From positions 768,001 to 832,000 of the forward strand of contig CAVXLD010000001.1 in the NCBI GenBank assembly GCA_963762565.1: a stretch of 64,000 nt of DNA, written 5' to 3'. The translations under genes were made by a program, and so were the position numbers. Under the pieces are notes generated by a model. That model made no database searches and was not told the origin of the DNA. It saw nothing but the letters and a program-made list of their open reading frames with translations. This stretch comes from an uncultured Verrucomicrobiae bacterium. GTDB lineage: Bacteria; Verrucomicrobiota; Verrucomicrobiia; Chthoniobacterales; JAFAMB01. This document shows positions 20,230 to 31,406 of the stretch, piece after piece. Position 1 is the stretch's first letter; each line of letters starts with the position of its first letter.

Positions 20230-21276
20230 TTACACCAGCTCTCGAAGCGACTCCTTTAATGCTTCGATCCCTTCGTTCTTCTCAGCAGAAATGGGAACGA
20301 TCTTCCGCTCGGGGAATCGCTGTTTTAGCGCACTGAGGTTTTGTTTCGCTTCGGACAAATCCATTTTGTTAGCCACAATTACCCACGGCCGCCGGCTCAG
20401 CAGAGGGTCATATAAGTCTAGCTCCCGTCGCAGCGTCTGCAGATCGTTGATAGTATCCCGTCCCTCACTACCGGCGGTGTCCACGACGAAAACCAGCAGT
20501 TTGCACCGAACAATATGCCTCAGGAAATCGTGCCCTAGCCCGACGTTGCGATGGGCGCCCTCAATCAATCCAGGGATGTCAGCCACCGTTAGCCGGCGAT
20601 AATCATTAAACTCAACAACACCCACGATCGGATTTAACGTTGTGAACGGATAGGGAGCTACCTTGGGGTGGGCTGCGGATAATTTTCCTAAGAGGGTGGA
20701 TTTGCCGGCATTGGGATATCCCACCAAACCGACGTCTGCGATAGTTCTGAGCTCTAAAAGGAAATCGCCTTCCTCGCCTGAGTCGCCCGGAGTGGATTGT
20801 CGCGGTACACGATTGCGTGAACTCTTGAAATGGGTATTGCCCTTTCCTCCAGCGCCGCCTCGACAGAGAACGAACCTTTGGCCTGGATCAGCTAGATCCG
20901 CTAACATTTCGTGGGCTGAAGAGGCTTCAGTTGCCTCGCCCTGCGTCGATTCACCGTTTCCGGAATCATTGGTCCTGGATGAATAGCGATACGCTACCGT
21001 GCCCACAGGTACCTTAAAGACCGCGTCTGCTGCCGCCCTCCCATACATATCTTTGCCCATTCCATTTTGGCCTGACTTCGCTCGAAGGAGGGGCCGGTAA
21101 AAGAAATCCACCAGGTTGTCAGTCTGAACGTCCGTTTCCAGGATAATGTCTCCTCCCCTTCCGCCGTCTCCCCCGTCAGGGCCGCCCTTGGGCACAAATT
21201 TTTCCCGACGGAAACTGACACAGCCATCGCCGCCGTCTCCGGCCTTTGCGTGGATTTTTATGCGATCGACAAACAT
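20230..21276 (-). CDS. obgE: GTPase ObgE/CgtA
   Basis: MFVDRIKI, GGPDGGDGG, GYPNAGKSTL, YPFTTL, DIPGLIEGA, NKMD. Confidence 0.97.
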   Translation of the reverse strand: MFVDRIKIHAKAGDGGDGCVSFRREKFVPKGGPDGGDGGRGGDIILETDVQTDNLVDFFYRPLLRAKSGQNGMGKDMYGRAAADAVFKVPVGTVAYRYSSRTNDSGNGESTQGEATEASSAHEMLADLADPGQRFVLCRGGAGGKGNTHFKSSRNRVPRQSTPGDSGEEGDFLLELRTIADVGLVGYPNAGKSTLLGKLSAAHPKVAPYPFTTLNPIVGVVEFNDYRRLTVADIPGLIEGAHRNVGLGHDFLRHIVRCKLLVFVVDTAGSEGRDTINDLQTLRRELDLYDPLLSRRPWVIVANKMDLSEAKQNLSALKQRFPERKIVPISAEKNEGIEALKESLRELV

Positions 21277-21323
21277 CAGACTGAATACCTCACACTTACT
21301 GCCAGGAGCCCTAGAGACCATCA

Positions 21324-21406
21324 GAATGACAAATGACAAATGACAGATGACAAATAGCCGGTCCCGGCCACATATTTGTCATGTGTCATTTGTCATCTGT
21401 CATTTC
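21324..21406. repeat. Inverted heptamer arrays (AATGACA / TGTCATT)
   Basis: 21324-21356 versus 21373-21406. Confidence 0.87.
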
Positions 21407-21416
21407 TCATCCACTC

Positions 21417-22619
21417 CTAGCCAATCAATTCCTCATAGAGTTGCTTCGTTTGGTGGGCGATCGCCCCCCAACTGAACTTGTCGACTGCTCGTTTTCGGCC
21501 GGCCTCCCCGAATCGACGCCTTAGTTCCGGATCTCTCATTAATACGTTAATTTTGAACGCCAGATCATGAGAAAAGGTGTCCGGGTCAAGCGGCTCAAAC
21601 GGGCTCTCCTGCATTTGCTCGAGTGGCACCAAAAATCCGGTCTCACCGTCGACAACAACCTCTTTGATGCCACCAACCGCACTCGCCACCACGGGCGTCT
21701 CACAGGCCATCGCTTCCAGATTAATGATTCCAAAAGGCTCATAGATGGATGGGCAACAGAAAACGGCGGCGTGGCTGTAAAGTTGGTAAACAGCCGACTT
21801 GGGAACCATGCTATCGATCCAGACGACGTGAGAATTCTGAGTCCGAGCCGCTTCGACCGCCCGCAACATTTCGGCTGCAATTTCGGGGGTATCAGGAGCA
21901 CCAGCGCAAAGAACCACCTGGATGTCCGGGTCCAAATAACGTATTGCGCGTACGAGGTGGATGATCCCTTTCTGACGCGCAATCCTGCCTACGAACAGAA
22001 CGTATGGCTTGGTCATGTCGACCCCGTACTGCTTCAAAGCACTAGTTTCAGTAGTCGGCCTGTATTCGTCAGGATCGATTCCATTATAGATAATTCGGAC
22101 GCGGTTCTCATCCACGTTGAACAAGCGCATAACGTCCGTCTTTGTCCCCTGTGACACTGCAATGACCGCGTCGGCCATCTCGATCGCCGTCTTTTCCACC
22201 CAACTACTGAAATCGTAGCCATGGCCAAGCTGTTCTCGTTTCCAGGGCCTCAAAGGTTCTAAAGAATGAATCGTGATAACCAACGGGATCCCGTAGTTCA
22301 GCTTGGCCAAAATTCCCCCGAAATGAGTGTACCAGGTATGGCAATGAACAATGTCGGCGTCGGTACCGGCGGTATTGAAGTCCGTACACCTGCGCACTGC
22401 GCCAAATATCGAGACTAGATTTTTCGGGCACTGAAACGAGGACGTGTCCAGGGCGAAGCCCCGCACGCGCAAGTTGACCTCATCCGAGCGTTGATCGCCG
22501 AACGCTCTCACATCAACCTGCATGAGCTTAGCTAACTCGCGACTGAGATAATCAACATGGACCCCGGCGCCTCCATACGTAGATGGGGGGTATTCGTTTG
22601 TGAGGAGGAGCGTTTTCAT
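21417..22619 (-). CDS. glgA: GT4 glycogen synthase / maltose-1-phosphate synthase (actinobacterial GlgA/GlgM type)
   Basis: TNEYPP..YGGAGVHV, HSLEPLRPWKREQLG, YEPFGIINLEAMAC. Confidence 0.88.
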   Translation of the reverse strand: MKTLLLTNEYPPSTYGGAGVHVDYLSRELAKLMQVDVRAFGDQRSDEVNLRVRGFALDTSSFQCPKNLVSIFGAVRRCTDFNTAGTDADIVHCHTWYTHFGGILAKLNYGIPLVITIHSLEPLRPWKREQLGHGYDFSSWVEKTAIEMADAVIAVSQGTKTDVMRLFNVDENRVRIIYNGIDPDEYRPTTETSALKQYGVDMTKPYVLFVGRIARQKGIIHLVRAIRYLDPDIQVVLCAGAPDTPEIAAEMLRAVEAARTQNSHVVWIDSMVPKSAVYQLYSHAAVFCCPSIYEPFGIINLEAMACETPVVASAVGGIKEVVVDGETGFLVPLEQMQESPFEPLDPDTFSHDLAFKINVLMRDPELRRRFGEAGRKRAVDKFSWGAIAHQTKQLYEELIG

Positions 22620-22625
22620 AGCCTT

Positions 22626-22737
22626 GGACTCGCCTGAAGCTCGCCCAGGAATAGCCAATAGCCAATAGCCAAAAGGTAGCTTCAATCGGCTATTGGCTAT
22701 CGGCTATTGACGATGCGGACGAGCCTGAGGCGAGTCC
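22626..22737. repeat. Inverted heptamer arrays (AATAGCC / GGCTATT) nested in a 21-bp IR
   Basis: Arrays 22650-22672 / 22686-22709; outer GGACTCGCCTGAAGCTCGCCC / GGACGAGCCTGAGGCGAGTCC. Confidence 0.87.
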
Positions 22738-22743
22738 GCTGGT

Positions 22744-24825
22744 TTACCTGAAGATAATCGGGATGATTAGAATCGCGACGATGTTTGCGACCTTGATCAT
22801 CGGATTGATGGCAGGACCGGCGGTATCCTTATACGGGTCGCCCACTGTATCACCGGTTACAGCGGCCTGATGAGCGGGAGATCCTTTGCCGCCGTGCGCG
22901 CCATCTTCAATCAACTTCTTCGCGTTGTCCCAAGCACCACCGCCTGAGGTCATTGAGATCGCAACGAAAAGGCCGGTCACAATTGTCCCGACCAGAACTC
23001 CTCCGAGGACCATCGGACCGAGGAAAGCTGCTGCTATCACAAAAATCACGGGCAACAGCGCAGGGACAACCATCTCCCGCAGAGCGGCCTTGGTCACGAT
23101 ATCAACGCAGGCTCCGTACTCGGGATCAGCAGTGCCATTGAGAATACCCGGCTTGGCTTGTAGCTGACGGCGGACCTCCTTGACGACGGCGCCGGCTGTC
23201 TTTCCTACTGCTTCCATACTGAGCGCGCTGAAAAGAAAGGGCAGCAACCCGCCAATGAAAAGACCAATAATGATTTGAGGCCGCTCAAGCGAAAAATCCA
23301 ACCCGTTTAAGGCATCGCTGCTGCCGTGACTAAAATGGGCTCTCAGCTCAGCAACATACGAGCCGAATAAGACGAGCGCAGCCAGCCCGGCCGAAGCGAT
23401 CGCGTAGCCTTTAGTGACCGCTTTCATGGTATTGCCTATTGCATCAAGGTTGTCAGTGACAAGTCGCGTCTCCTTTGGCATATCGCTCATCACCGCCACT
23501 CCGCCGGCGTTATCGGTGATGGGACCGAACGCGTCCAAAGAGATGATAATTCCCGCCATCGAAAGCATGCTAGTGACGGCCACCGCCACCCCGTAAAGAC
23601 CGGCAGCCGCATAACTGAGCAAAATGGCCAACGAGATACATACCACCGGCAAAGCCGTAGCCTGTTGACCGAGGGCCAGCCCGGCGATGATGTTGGTAGC
23701 ATGTCCGGTCTCGGACGCTTGCGCGATCTTCTTAACCGGAGAGCACTCTTTGGATGTATAATAGTTGGTGATGACAACGATCAGACCCGTCATCGCTAAT
23801 CCGACCAGAGCGGCAAGGTAGATTTGGAATGAGCTGTGAGTCTGGTCACCGATCTTGAAGCTGCCTGGGAATAGGAAGGTTGTAACCGGTAGATAAAGAA
23901 TTGCTGAAACGACCCCGCTGGCGACCACCGCTTCGACCAGCACTCGACCCGGAGCCGTCTTTCTTTTGTTTACATAGAAGATCCCCGCGATTGCTCCGAT
24001 TACCGATATCCCGCCTAAAAGAAAGGGGTAGATCACGGCTTCAGGGACCTCTTTGAGAGTGAGGAAACCGACCAGCATCGCTCCAATAATACTGATGGCG
24101 TAGGTTTCAAAGACGTCTGCAGCCATGCCGGCACAGTCGCCCACGTTATCCCCGACGTTATCCGCGATCGTGGCGGGGTTGCGCGGATCATCTTCGTCCA
24201 AATTGCTCTCTATTTTGCCGACTAGATCCGCACCGACATCGGCCGCCTTTGTATAGATACCGCCTCCCAGACGAGCAAAGACGCTGATCAAACTCGCACC
24301 CAACGCTAGTCCGACCAAACTACTGATTGCCCTATCCAATCCAAAGATCTGCTCACCCACCAAAAAAAAGATCCCTACTGAAAGCAATCCTAACCCTACC
24401 ACCAATAGCCCGGTAACGGCTCCTCCATTGAAGGCTACCCGCAACGCACCTTCGGTTGAAGTGGTTGCCGCTTGAGCCGTACGACAGTTCGAGATGACTG
24501 CTATCCGCATCCCGATATACCCCGCGGCCATCGAGCAGCATGCGCCAATCAGAAATCCGAGTGCCGTAAAAAAATCTCGGGTAAACCCGAGCACGAAAAA
24601 GATCACCACGGCTATAATGCTAACCGTGAAAATTTGGCGATTCAGATAGGCCTTGGCTCCCTCTTCGATGGCGCCCGCAATCCGGCGCATGGTTTCGTTC
24701 CCAGGCGAATAGCCAATGATCATCTTGATCAGATACGTCGCTGCTCCTAGCCCAATTACAGCGCAAATTAAGGAAATCCAGATTCCAATGCCGAGGGGGG
24801 AAGTGGCTAAGGAAGTAGCAATCAT
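22744..24825 (-). CDS. hppA: Membrane pyrophosphatase, predicted K+-independent H+-translocating
   Basis: [26 protein letters not shown] has Lys at the K+-dependence determinant. Confidence 0.92.
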   Translation of the reverse strand: MIATSLATSPLGIGIWISLICAVIGLGAATYLIKMIIGYSPGNETMRRIAGAIEEGAKAYLNRQIFTVSIIAVVIFFVLGFTRDFFTALGFLIGACCSMAAGYIGMRIAVISNCRTAQAATTSTEGALRVAFNGGAVTGLLVVGLGLLSVGIFFLVGEQIFGLDRAISSLVGLALGASLISVFARLGGGIYTKAADVGADLVGKIESNLDEDDPRNPATIADNVGDNVGDCAGMAADVFETYAISIIGAMLVGFLTLKEVPEAVIYPFLLGGISVIGAIAGIFYVNKRKTAPGRVLVEAVVASGVVSAILYLPVTTFLFPGSFKIGDQTHSSFQIYLAALVGLAMTGLIVVITNYYTSKECSPVKKIAQASETGHATNIIAGLALGQQATALPVVCISLAILLSYAAAGLYGVAVAVTSMLSMAGIIISLDAFGPITDNAGGVAVMSDMPKETRLVTDNLDAIGNTMKAVTKGYAIASAGLAALVLFGSYVAELRAHFSHGSSDALNGLDFSLERPQIIIGLFIGGLLPFLFSALSMEAVGKTAGAVVKEVRRQLQAKPGILNGTADPEYGACVDIVTKAALREMVVPALLPVIFVIAAAFLGPMVLGGVLVGTIVTGLFVAISMTSGGGAWDNAKKLIEDGAHGGKGSPAHQAAVTGDTVGDPYKDTAGPAINPMIKVANIVAILIIPIIFR

Positions 24826-24989
24826 AGGGGTAGGTATAAGGGAACAACAGATGCGCAGGGTGCGACATTTTTGCAACCTGAACTAATAGTCGAGAACAAC
24901 TTTTTAGAGAGAAGTTCGGTTTTTTGTTGAAAGCCTATCAACTTTGGCTGTCCGTCGGGGAGGTTATGGGCGGGGAGGGAGAGGAGTTT

Positions 24990-25883
24990 TTATTCCATCA
25001 ATGCGGCCACGATCGCCTTCTGCGCGTGCAAGCGGTTTTCAGCTTGCTCAAAAATGGTGTCGGCATGCGCCTCAAAAACCGCTTCGGTGATTTCTTTCCC
25101 CCGATAGGCAGGTAAACAGTGCATCACCAACGCTCCAGGTTGCGCAACCCCTAGTAACTCTTCGTTGATTTGATAAGGAGCGAACTCCGCTAAACGGTCC
25201 TGCAGCTCCGTCTCTTTGCCCATGCTCACCCAGACGTCCGTGTAGAGCACGTCAGCTCCGGCAGCAGCATCCTTAGGCGATTCGGTAAAAACTATTTTTC
25301 GGCTTTTCAGTTTAGAACGCACCTCTTCGCCCAATGCATATTTGATTGGAGCGGCAATCCTAAGCTCAAAACCAAGGTGTTCAGCCGCCCACGCCCAAGA
25401 CCGGGCTATATTGCAGTCGCCATCGCCAACAAAACAAACCTTGATATCGTGTAGCTCTCTGCGCTCAGAGATCGTAAAAAGATCAGCCACGATCTGACAA
25501 GGATGCTCTTGATCCGTCAAGGCGTTGATAGTGGGCACCTGGCTGAATTTAGCAAAATCCTCTACATCATGTTGGGCGAACGTCCGGATCACGGCGCCGT
25601 GTATCATTCTGGCGAGAACCCGGGCTGTATCCTTGATTGGCTCCCCGCGTCCGAGTTGAATGTCCTGCTGGGCCAAAAACAAAACCCGAGCACCCAATTC
25701 CTGGAGACCGACCTCAAAACTGATTCTGGTCCGAGTAGACGGTTTGCTAAACATCAAGACCCAGCTTTGATCTGCAAGCAGATCTGAGCCGTAACGCCGG
25801 TCCGCCTTAAAAGTCTGCGAACTGCTCAGCAGTGCGAGAATGTCCTTCTGATGACACTCCTCGATTGAAAGGAAATGCTTCAT
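24990..25883 (-). CDS. argF: Ornithine carbamoyltransferase
   Basis: STRTR, HPCQ, DVWVSMG, HCLP. Confidence 0.96.
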   Translation of the reverse strand: MKHFLSIEECHQKDILALLSSSQTFKADRRYGSDLLADQSWVLMFSKPSTRTRISFEVGLQELGARVLFLAQQDIQLGRGEPIKDTARVLARMIHGAVIRTFAQHDVEDFAKFSQVPTINALTDQEHPCQIVADLFTISERRELHDIKVCFVGDGDCNIARSWAWAAEHLGFELRIAAPIKYALGEEVRSKLKSRKIVFTESPKDAAAGADVLYTDVWVSMGKETELQDRLAEFAPYQINEELLGVAQPGALVMHCLPAYRGKEITEAVFEAHADTIFEQAENRLHAQKAIVAALME

Positions 25884-25896
25884 AACCGGGTTGAAC

Positions 25897-27174
25897 TCAG
25901 CCGATGGAAGAAAGCAATGAGCGCAGCGTCAATTGAATGATCTCCAGCGCTTGTTGAACTTGTTCCTTATCGACAATCAGCGGAGGCAACAGACGGATTA
26001 CCCTCGGCCCGGCAGGAATCGTCAAAAGGCCATTTTCCATCAGTCTATTGACCACGATCTGGGACGGCAGACGTTTCCCATCCTTTAAGCTCTCAAAGCG
26101 GGCATCGAGCTCCATGCCGATCAGCAATCCTTTGCCCCGAACCGCGCTGACGCCCGGGATCGCAGCAAGCTCGCTGGTAATAAAGGCTCCCAGAGAAGCA
26201 CTTTTTTCTACGAGACCGTTGCTGAGTATCGTATCCAACACGGCCAAAGAAACCGAACAGGCCAGCGGCGTACCGCCATAGGTGGTGGCATGATTTCCCG
26301 GCTGCAAGACGTCGCACAGCATCCCCTCTGATCCGTCTTCGCGAGCAAATGATTTTTCTCGGAACCAGGAAGCGCCCAGAGGAAAACCTCCGCCGATCGC
26401 CTTTGCCCAGCTGACCGCATCGGGAACAACTTCTGGGGCGACCGTTTTCCAGGCACACCAGTTACCGGTTCTCCCCAGGCCGCACTGAATCTCATCAAAC
26501 ATCAACAACAGACCACGCTCATCACAAAGGCGCCGCAACCCCGTCAGAAACTCCGGTGTGGTTGGGTTGATTCCGCCTTCTCCTTGGATTGGCTCAACCA
26601 GGACGGCAACAGTTTGCTCAGAGATTCCGCGCTCTACCGCAGCCAAGTCATTGAAAGGCAAATGCCGGAAACCAGGCAACAGCGGTGCAAATCCAACCTT
26701 GACCTTCTCCTGACCGGTTGCGGAAATGCCGGCCATGGTCCGGCCATGGAACGACTGTTCAAAGGTGATGATTTCAAAACGCGCCGCGGCTGATCTCCGT
26801 TTTTCGTCGTTTCCGTACTTTCTGGCCAGCTTGATTAGCGCTTCATTTGCCTCGGCCCCACTATTTGAAAAGAACACCTTTCCAGGGCTACCCACGATCT
26901 CGACCAGGCGTTTCGCCAATTCCCCTTGAGGTCTAGTGAAATAGAGGTTCGACGTATGAATCAATCGCCGACTTTGCCGGCTGAGCGCCTCTACTATTGC
27001 GGGGTGTCCGTGCCCAAGAACTGACACAGCGATTCCGGCACCAAAATCTAGGTAACATTTCCCGCGCTCGTCCCAAACCCGTACCCCTTCACCACGTTCT
27101 AACACCAAGTCATATCGGCCGTAGGTAGGGGCGACATAGTCGGCGAACAATTGTTTGGTTTCTGGGTGGCTCAT
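25897..27174 (-). CDS. argD: Acetylornithine aminotransferase
   Basis: NSGAEANE, FHGRT, EPIQGEGG, DEIQCG, AKAIGGG; arg operon context. Confidence 0.94.
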   Translation of the reverse strand: MSHPETKQLFADYVAPTYGRYDLVLERGEGVRVWDERGKCYLDFGAGIAVSVLGHGHPAIVEALSRQSRRLIHTSNLYFTRPQGELAKRLVEIVGSPGKVFFSNSGAEANEALIKLARKYGNDEKRRSAAARFEIITFEQSFHGRTMAGISATGQEKVKVGFAPLLPGFRHLPFNDLAAVERGISEQTVAVLVEPIQGEGGINPTTPEFLTGLRRLCDERGLLLMFDEIQCGLGRTGNWCAWKTVAPEVVPDAVSWAKAIGGGFPLGASWFREKSFAREDGSEGMLCDVLQPGNHATTYGGTPLACSVSLAVLDTILSNGLVEKSASLGAFITSELAAIPGVSAVRGKGLLIGMELDARFESLKDGKRLPSQIVVNRLMENGLLTIPAGPRVIRLLPPLIVDKEQVQQALEIIQLTLRSLLSSIG

Positions 27175-27222
27175 GGAAAAAGGGGGAGGATAAGCTCGGG
27201 AGTTCAGGAGTTCAAGGAGTTC

Positions 27223-27449
27223 GGTAGGGCGAAAACCTCGGCGCGCCTTTGACGCCGCCACTTCACATCGATTGAACGCGCCGGGTTTGAGCCGCGCCGT
27301 GCGGCGATCATGCCCAATGTCAACAAAGTCCGCGCCTTGGTTCGGTTCTGGTCCATGAGTATCGGCTGCGCTGGATCGCGGCTCAAACCCGGCGCGGCCA
27401 GACTATAGAGTAAACGGCACCCTCGACGCGCCGAGGTTTTCGCCCTACC
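27223..27449. repeat. Family C GTAG-headed nested palindrome (REPIN-like)
   Basis: Perfect 23-bp IR 27223-27245 / 27427-27449 and perfect 20-bp inner IR 27277-27296 / 27377-27396. Confidence 0.92.
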
Positions 27450-27453
27450 ACCT

Positions 27454-28329
27454 TCAAGGAATGATCTCTGTCCCGATCCCTTCAGCGGTGAACACTTCCG
27501 CCAAAAGAGCGTGCGGAAGTCGACCATCAACCAGATGTACTTTACTCACTCCCTGCTCGAGTGCGGACAGAGCTGATTGCACCTTTGGGATCATGCCGGC
27601 CTCGATGATCCCTTCGTCCATCAATTTCAGGCTTGATTCGCGATCCAAGCGCGGAATGAGAGACGACGGATCTTTTACATCGCGCATCACTCCTAGGACG
27701 TCGCTCACATAAATCATTTTCGACGCTTTTAACGCTCCAGCCATAGCGCCGGCCGCCACATCCGCGTTCACATTCAAAAGAGCGCCATCTTCAGATCGAG
27801 CAATCGGAGAGATAACCGGAACTACTTCCCGTTCGATCGCTTCTCGAACCTGCTCGAGTACCAACGATACGACTTCACCAACGTACCCAACGTCCACCAT
27901 GACGCCCCCGTCCGGCATCGGTGGCAACCGTTCAGCCAGAAAAACGTCGCGGCCGGAAAAACCTTCGGCGTCACCGTTGAAGCTCTTCACCGTTGAGACG
28001 ATGCGAGGCAGAATCACCTGGTCCAGAACGTCCTCCACAATCGCTATCGTTTCAGCATCGGTAACCCGAAGTCCGCTAATGAAACGGGGCACTTTCCCAA
28101 TTTCGCGCATCCGCTGGCTAATCGCTTTGCCGCCCCCGTGAATCACTACCGGGTTAATGCCAACCGCTTCCAGAAAGACGACATCACGCAACAGGCGTTC
28201 CACTAAGTGGTCGTCCTCCATGGCGGCGCCCCCGTACTTGATGACAAAGGTGTGGCCCCGGAACTTTTGGATGAAGGGCAGGGCGTCGATTAAAGACTCT
28301 GTTTTCTCGGTATCAATTCGTTTCTGCAT
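27454..28329 (-). CDS. argB: Acetylglutamate kinase
   Basis: VIKYGG, HGGG, NVNAD, GMIPKV. Confidence 0.96.
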   Translation of the reverse strand: MQKRIDTEKTESLIDALPFIQKFRGHTFVIKYGGAAMEDDHLVERLLRDVVFLEAVGINPVVIHGGGKAISQRMREIGKVPRFISGLRVTDAETIAIVEDVLDQVILPRIVSTVKSFNGDAEGFSGRDVFLAERLPPMPDGGVMVDVGYVGEVVSLVLEQVREAIEREVVPVISPIARSEDGALLNVNADVAAGAMAGALKASKMIYVSDVLGVMRDVKDPSSLIPRLDRESSLKLMDEGIIEAGMIPKVQSALSALEQGVSKVHLVDGRLPHALLAEVFTAEGIGTEIIP

Positions 28330-28356
28330 TCTCAGTCTCCCCGAACCCACGCCCAG

Positions 28357-29571
28357 TCACTCGGACATGTTTAAGCGAACATATTCGGGCGTCAGGTCTG
28401 TTGTGAATACCTTGTATTCAGCTGAGCCGAGGTGCAGGTCAACGGTGACCGTGAATTTTTCGTTCTCGAGGATCTCTTTCAGCTTTTCTGGGGGAGTCGA
28501 ACTCGCCATGCCGTGCTCGACCGCAACAACCCCGTCGAAAAAGATGTCCAGCATTTCTTCTCTGACTTTTGCTGAGGAATAACCAACCGCCGCCATTATC
28601 CGGCCCCAGTTGGGATCTTCGCCGTACCAACTGCATTTAAGTAGCTTCGAATTGGCAATTGCTTCCGCGGCTTTCCGCGCATCCTGATAAGTAGCAGCGC
28701 CTTTCACATGGACCTCTACGAACTTGCTGACGCCTTCGCCGTCTTCCACGATCATTCTGGCAAGATTGCGAGTCACAAAGTTTAGCCCCTCGCCAAAGGT
28801 CTCGTAGCTCTGGTCTTCCGGTGAAAGCACCGGAACGCCTGCCTGGCCGTTAGCCAAACAGATGGCGGTATCGTTAGTGCTCATGTCGCCATCCACTGTG
28901 ATGCAGTTAAACGATTGCTCGACACTCTGCAAAAAAAGGCGTTGCAGGTCCCGTTTCTCGATCGCGGCATCGGTAGTCACAAAACAAAGCATCGTCGCCA
29001 TATTCGGGTCGATCATACCTGCTCCTTTGGCGGCGCCTCCGATCCGGATCGCCTTCCCCCGCACGGGAAATTCGATCGCGACCTCCTTGTGAAAAGTGTC
29101 ACTAGTCATGATGGCACGCGCAAAGGCAGAACCTGCCTGGCTATCCAGCCCGGCGAACAGCTCAGGAATTGCCCGCTCAATCTTCTCGATTGGCAGTTGC
29201 CGCCCGATCCGTCCGGTCGAACAGACTAAAGTATGGCGTTCCCTCCAGTGGCCGTTTTGTCCTACCACTTTCGCCATGCGTTTGGCGCTTTGAATCCCCG
29301 TCGTTCCGGTACAAGCATTAGCGTTCCCGCTGTTAACGACGACGGCTCTGATCTCAGCCGAACGCACATGGCTAGCCGATACCCGGACCGGGGCGGCTTT
29401 TATGCGATTGGTGGTAAACGTGGCGGCTGGTACTGCCGGCACATCGGAAACAATGAGGGCAAGGTCAGGGCCCGCTTTCGTGTCGCCCTTTATACCGCAT
29501 CGGACCGCGGAAGCTCGGAATCCTCTGGGCGCCGTGACACCCCCAATGATCTCAGTAAAAGCGAAGGCCAT
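28357..29571 (-). CDS. argJ: Ornithine acetyltransferase / N-acetylglutamate synthase
   Basis: NSGNANACTG, KGAGMIDPNMATML, DGDMSTND, DGEG, NWGR. Confidence 0.96.
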   Translation of the reverse strand: MAFAFTEIIGGVTAPRGFRASAVRCGIKGDTKAGPDLALIVSDVPAVPAATFTTNRIKAAPVRVSASHVRSAEIRAVVVNSGNANACTGTTGIQSAKRMAKVVGQNGHWRERHTLVCSTGRIGRQLPIEKIERAIPELFAGLDSQAGSAFARAIMTSDTFHKEVAIEFPVRGKAIRIGGAAKGAGMIDPNMATMLCFVTTDAAIEKRDLQRLFLQSVEQSFNCITVDGDMSTNDTAICLANGQAGVPVLSPEDQSYETFGEGLNFVTRNLARMIVEDGEGVSKFVEVHVKGAATYQDARKAAEAIANSKLLKCSWYGEDPNWGRIMAAVGYSSAKVREEMLDIFFDGVVAVEHGMASSTPPEKLKEILENEKFTVTVDLHLGSAEYKVFTTDLTPEYVRLNMSE

Positions 29572-29641
29572 CAGTGAATCCTCTCAAATACCTCAGAGCG
29601 GGCGTTGGAACGAAGACAATAATCTTATGTTTTTTTATAAC

Positions 29642-29945
29642 GGTAGGGCGAAAATCTCGGCGCGCCGAGGACGCGCCAACGAATAACCCCGATTTCGCGC
29701 CGGATTTGAGCCGCCGCGTGCGACCGGCACCTGGAGGGGAGCCGCTTTGTCGGTTGACAGCTCTGCAGGATAGCAGCAGGCGGCTCCCGGGAATTACCCA
29801 TCGTCTCGTGTATGCCCCAGCGCACTCGGTCCGTCGGGAATAAATCGTTCGCGGCCCGTAGAATTGCAACGCGCTGGACCGTTCCCGGGAGCCGCCTGCT
29901 GACAAGCCTACAGAACTAGCAACTTATAAAGCGGCTCCCCTCCAG
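29642..29945 (+). repeat. Left half of a family C element (29642-~29716) fused to a family A element (short type, 29730-29945)
   Basis: GGTAGGGCGAAAATCTCGGCGCGCC...CGCGCCGGATTTGAGCCGC, followed by the four family A boxes. Confidence 0.9.
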
Positions 29946-29988
29946 TCTTGGAAGCTGCATCACGTCGAGACCAACGAACGCTCCCCGC

Positions 29989-31026
29989 CTAATTCAACCC
30001 CAGCGCTTCATCCCAGCCCTGCATGATATTTAAGCATTGGATCGCTTGGCCGGCAGCGCCTTTAACGAGATTATCCTCAGCTGACATCAAAATGACTTTC
30101 CCGGTCCTGGGATCCACTCGCCACCCCACCTCAATCGCGTTCGTGTAGGCCACGTTTTTCACGTCCGGAAATTGGGGCGCAGATAAAAGCCGTATGAAAG
30201 GTTCTTCACCGTAGGCGGAGGTCAGCGTGGCGCCGACTTGCTCCTCAGTCACCGGCGATGAAGGATCAACATGGATCGTGGTCGCAATTCCGCGATTTAA
30301 CGGTACGAGGTGAGGGGCAAACTGGATCTGCACCTTATCACCAGCTGCCAGAGAGATCTCTTGTTCGATCTCGGCAAGGTGCCGATGGGCGGGTAAGCCG
30401 TAGGGGCGCACACTTTCATTACATTCGACAAACATTAGCCGCGACTCGACAGTCCGGCCGGCGCCGCTCACGCCGCTCATGCTCACCGCCACGATTGAGG
30501 GCGGACGAACTTGCCCGGCCAATATTAAAGGGAGCAAGGGAATGAGGACGCTGGTCGGATAGCAGCCAGGACAGGCCACTAGGTTCGCCGTCCGGATCGA
30601 CTGCCGATGCCGCTCTGGCAGACCGTAGACTGCGTTTGCCAGCAGACGAGGCACGGGATGCGTGTGCCCGTAGAATTGCTCGTAAACCTGCGGGTCTTTG
30701 ATCCTGAAATCGGCACTGAGATCGACCACTCGGATGCCTGCCTCCAGCAAGGGCGCCGCCTGTTCTGCGGCAACACCATGTGGCAAGGCGAGAAAGGCGA
30801 CTTCGGCCCGACCTTTCAAACTAGCCACCTCTGGCGATTCGAACTGAAGCTTGCCCAAAGCGCTACGACGATCGAGCCAAGGAAAAATCTCAGAGGCCGT
30901 TTTGCCCGCTGCTTGTCGCGAGGTCAGAGCCACGATCTCGACCAGCGGATGCTTTGCCAATCGGCGCACGAGCTCTTCCCCCGTATAACCGGTGGCGCCA
31001 ATGATAGCAGCATTCAGTTTATTCAT
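29989..31026 (-). CDS. argC: N-acetyl-gamma-glutamyl-phosphate reductase
   Basis: GATGYTG, DLSADFR, PGCYPT, SGVSGAG, DNLVKGAAGQA. Confidence 0.97.
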   Translation of the reverse strand: MNKLNAAIIGATGYTGEELVRRLAKHPLVEIVALTSRQAAGKTASEIFPWLDRRSALGKLQFESPEVASLKGRAEVAFLALPHGVAAEQAAPLLEAGIRVVDLSADFRIKDPQVYEQFYGHTHPVPRLLANAVYGLPERHRQSIRTANLVACPGCYPTSVLIPLLPLILAGQVRPPSIVAVSMSGVSGAGRTVESRLMFVECNESVRPYGLPAHRHLAEIEQEISLAAGDKVQIQFAPHLVPLNRGIATTIHVDPSSPVTEEQVGATLTSAYGEEPFIRLLSAPQFPDVKNVAYTNAIEVGWRVDPRTGKVILMSAEDNLVKGAAGQAIQCLNIMQGWDEALGLN

Positions 31027-31100
31027 CGGACGTGTTGAGAAATGTGGTTGTTAAAAAGAAGAGCGACCATCGGCCTGCGAGGAGATGGTTGCAAGACGAA

Positions 31101-31319
31101 CCGGAGGGGAGCCGCTTTGTAGGTTGGCATCTCTATCGGTTGGCAGCAGGCGGCTCCCGGGAATAACCCAGAGCAATCCTCGCACCCACGGACTCCGTTC
31201 TTTCACGTCAATCCATCCGAGCGCTACCGATAGAACTGCAGAATCGGGTGACGTTCCCGGGAGCCGCCTGTTAAATAGCCGACAGACCTTTGCCACAATA
31301 CAAAGCGGCTCCCCTCCAG
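31101..31319 (+). repeat. Family A element (short type) in the divergent argC/thrS gap
   Basis: Four boxes; arms align with the 29730 and 47161 copies. Confidence 0.93.
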
Positions 31320-31406
31320 TCTCCTGGGCCCTCCAAAACGCGCTCCCGTTCGTCGAAAAAACCATCTGGTCTTCGGCTTTGTTACATGTAAGTTCCCTCC
31401 CCTTTG

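Noticed and set aside
31027..31406. T-box or riboswitch leader for thrS or argC
   Set aside because: No T-box consensus was seen; the structure present is the dispersed family A repeat.
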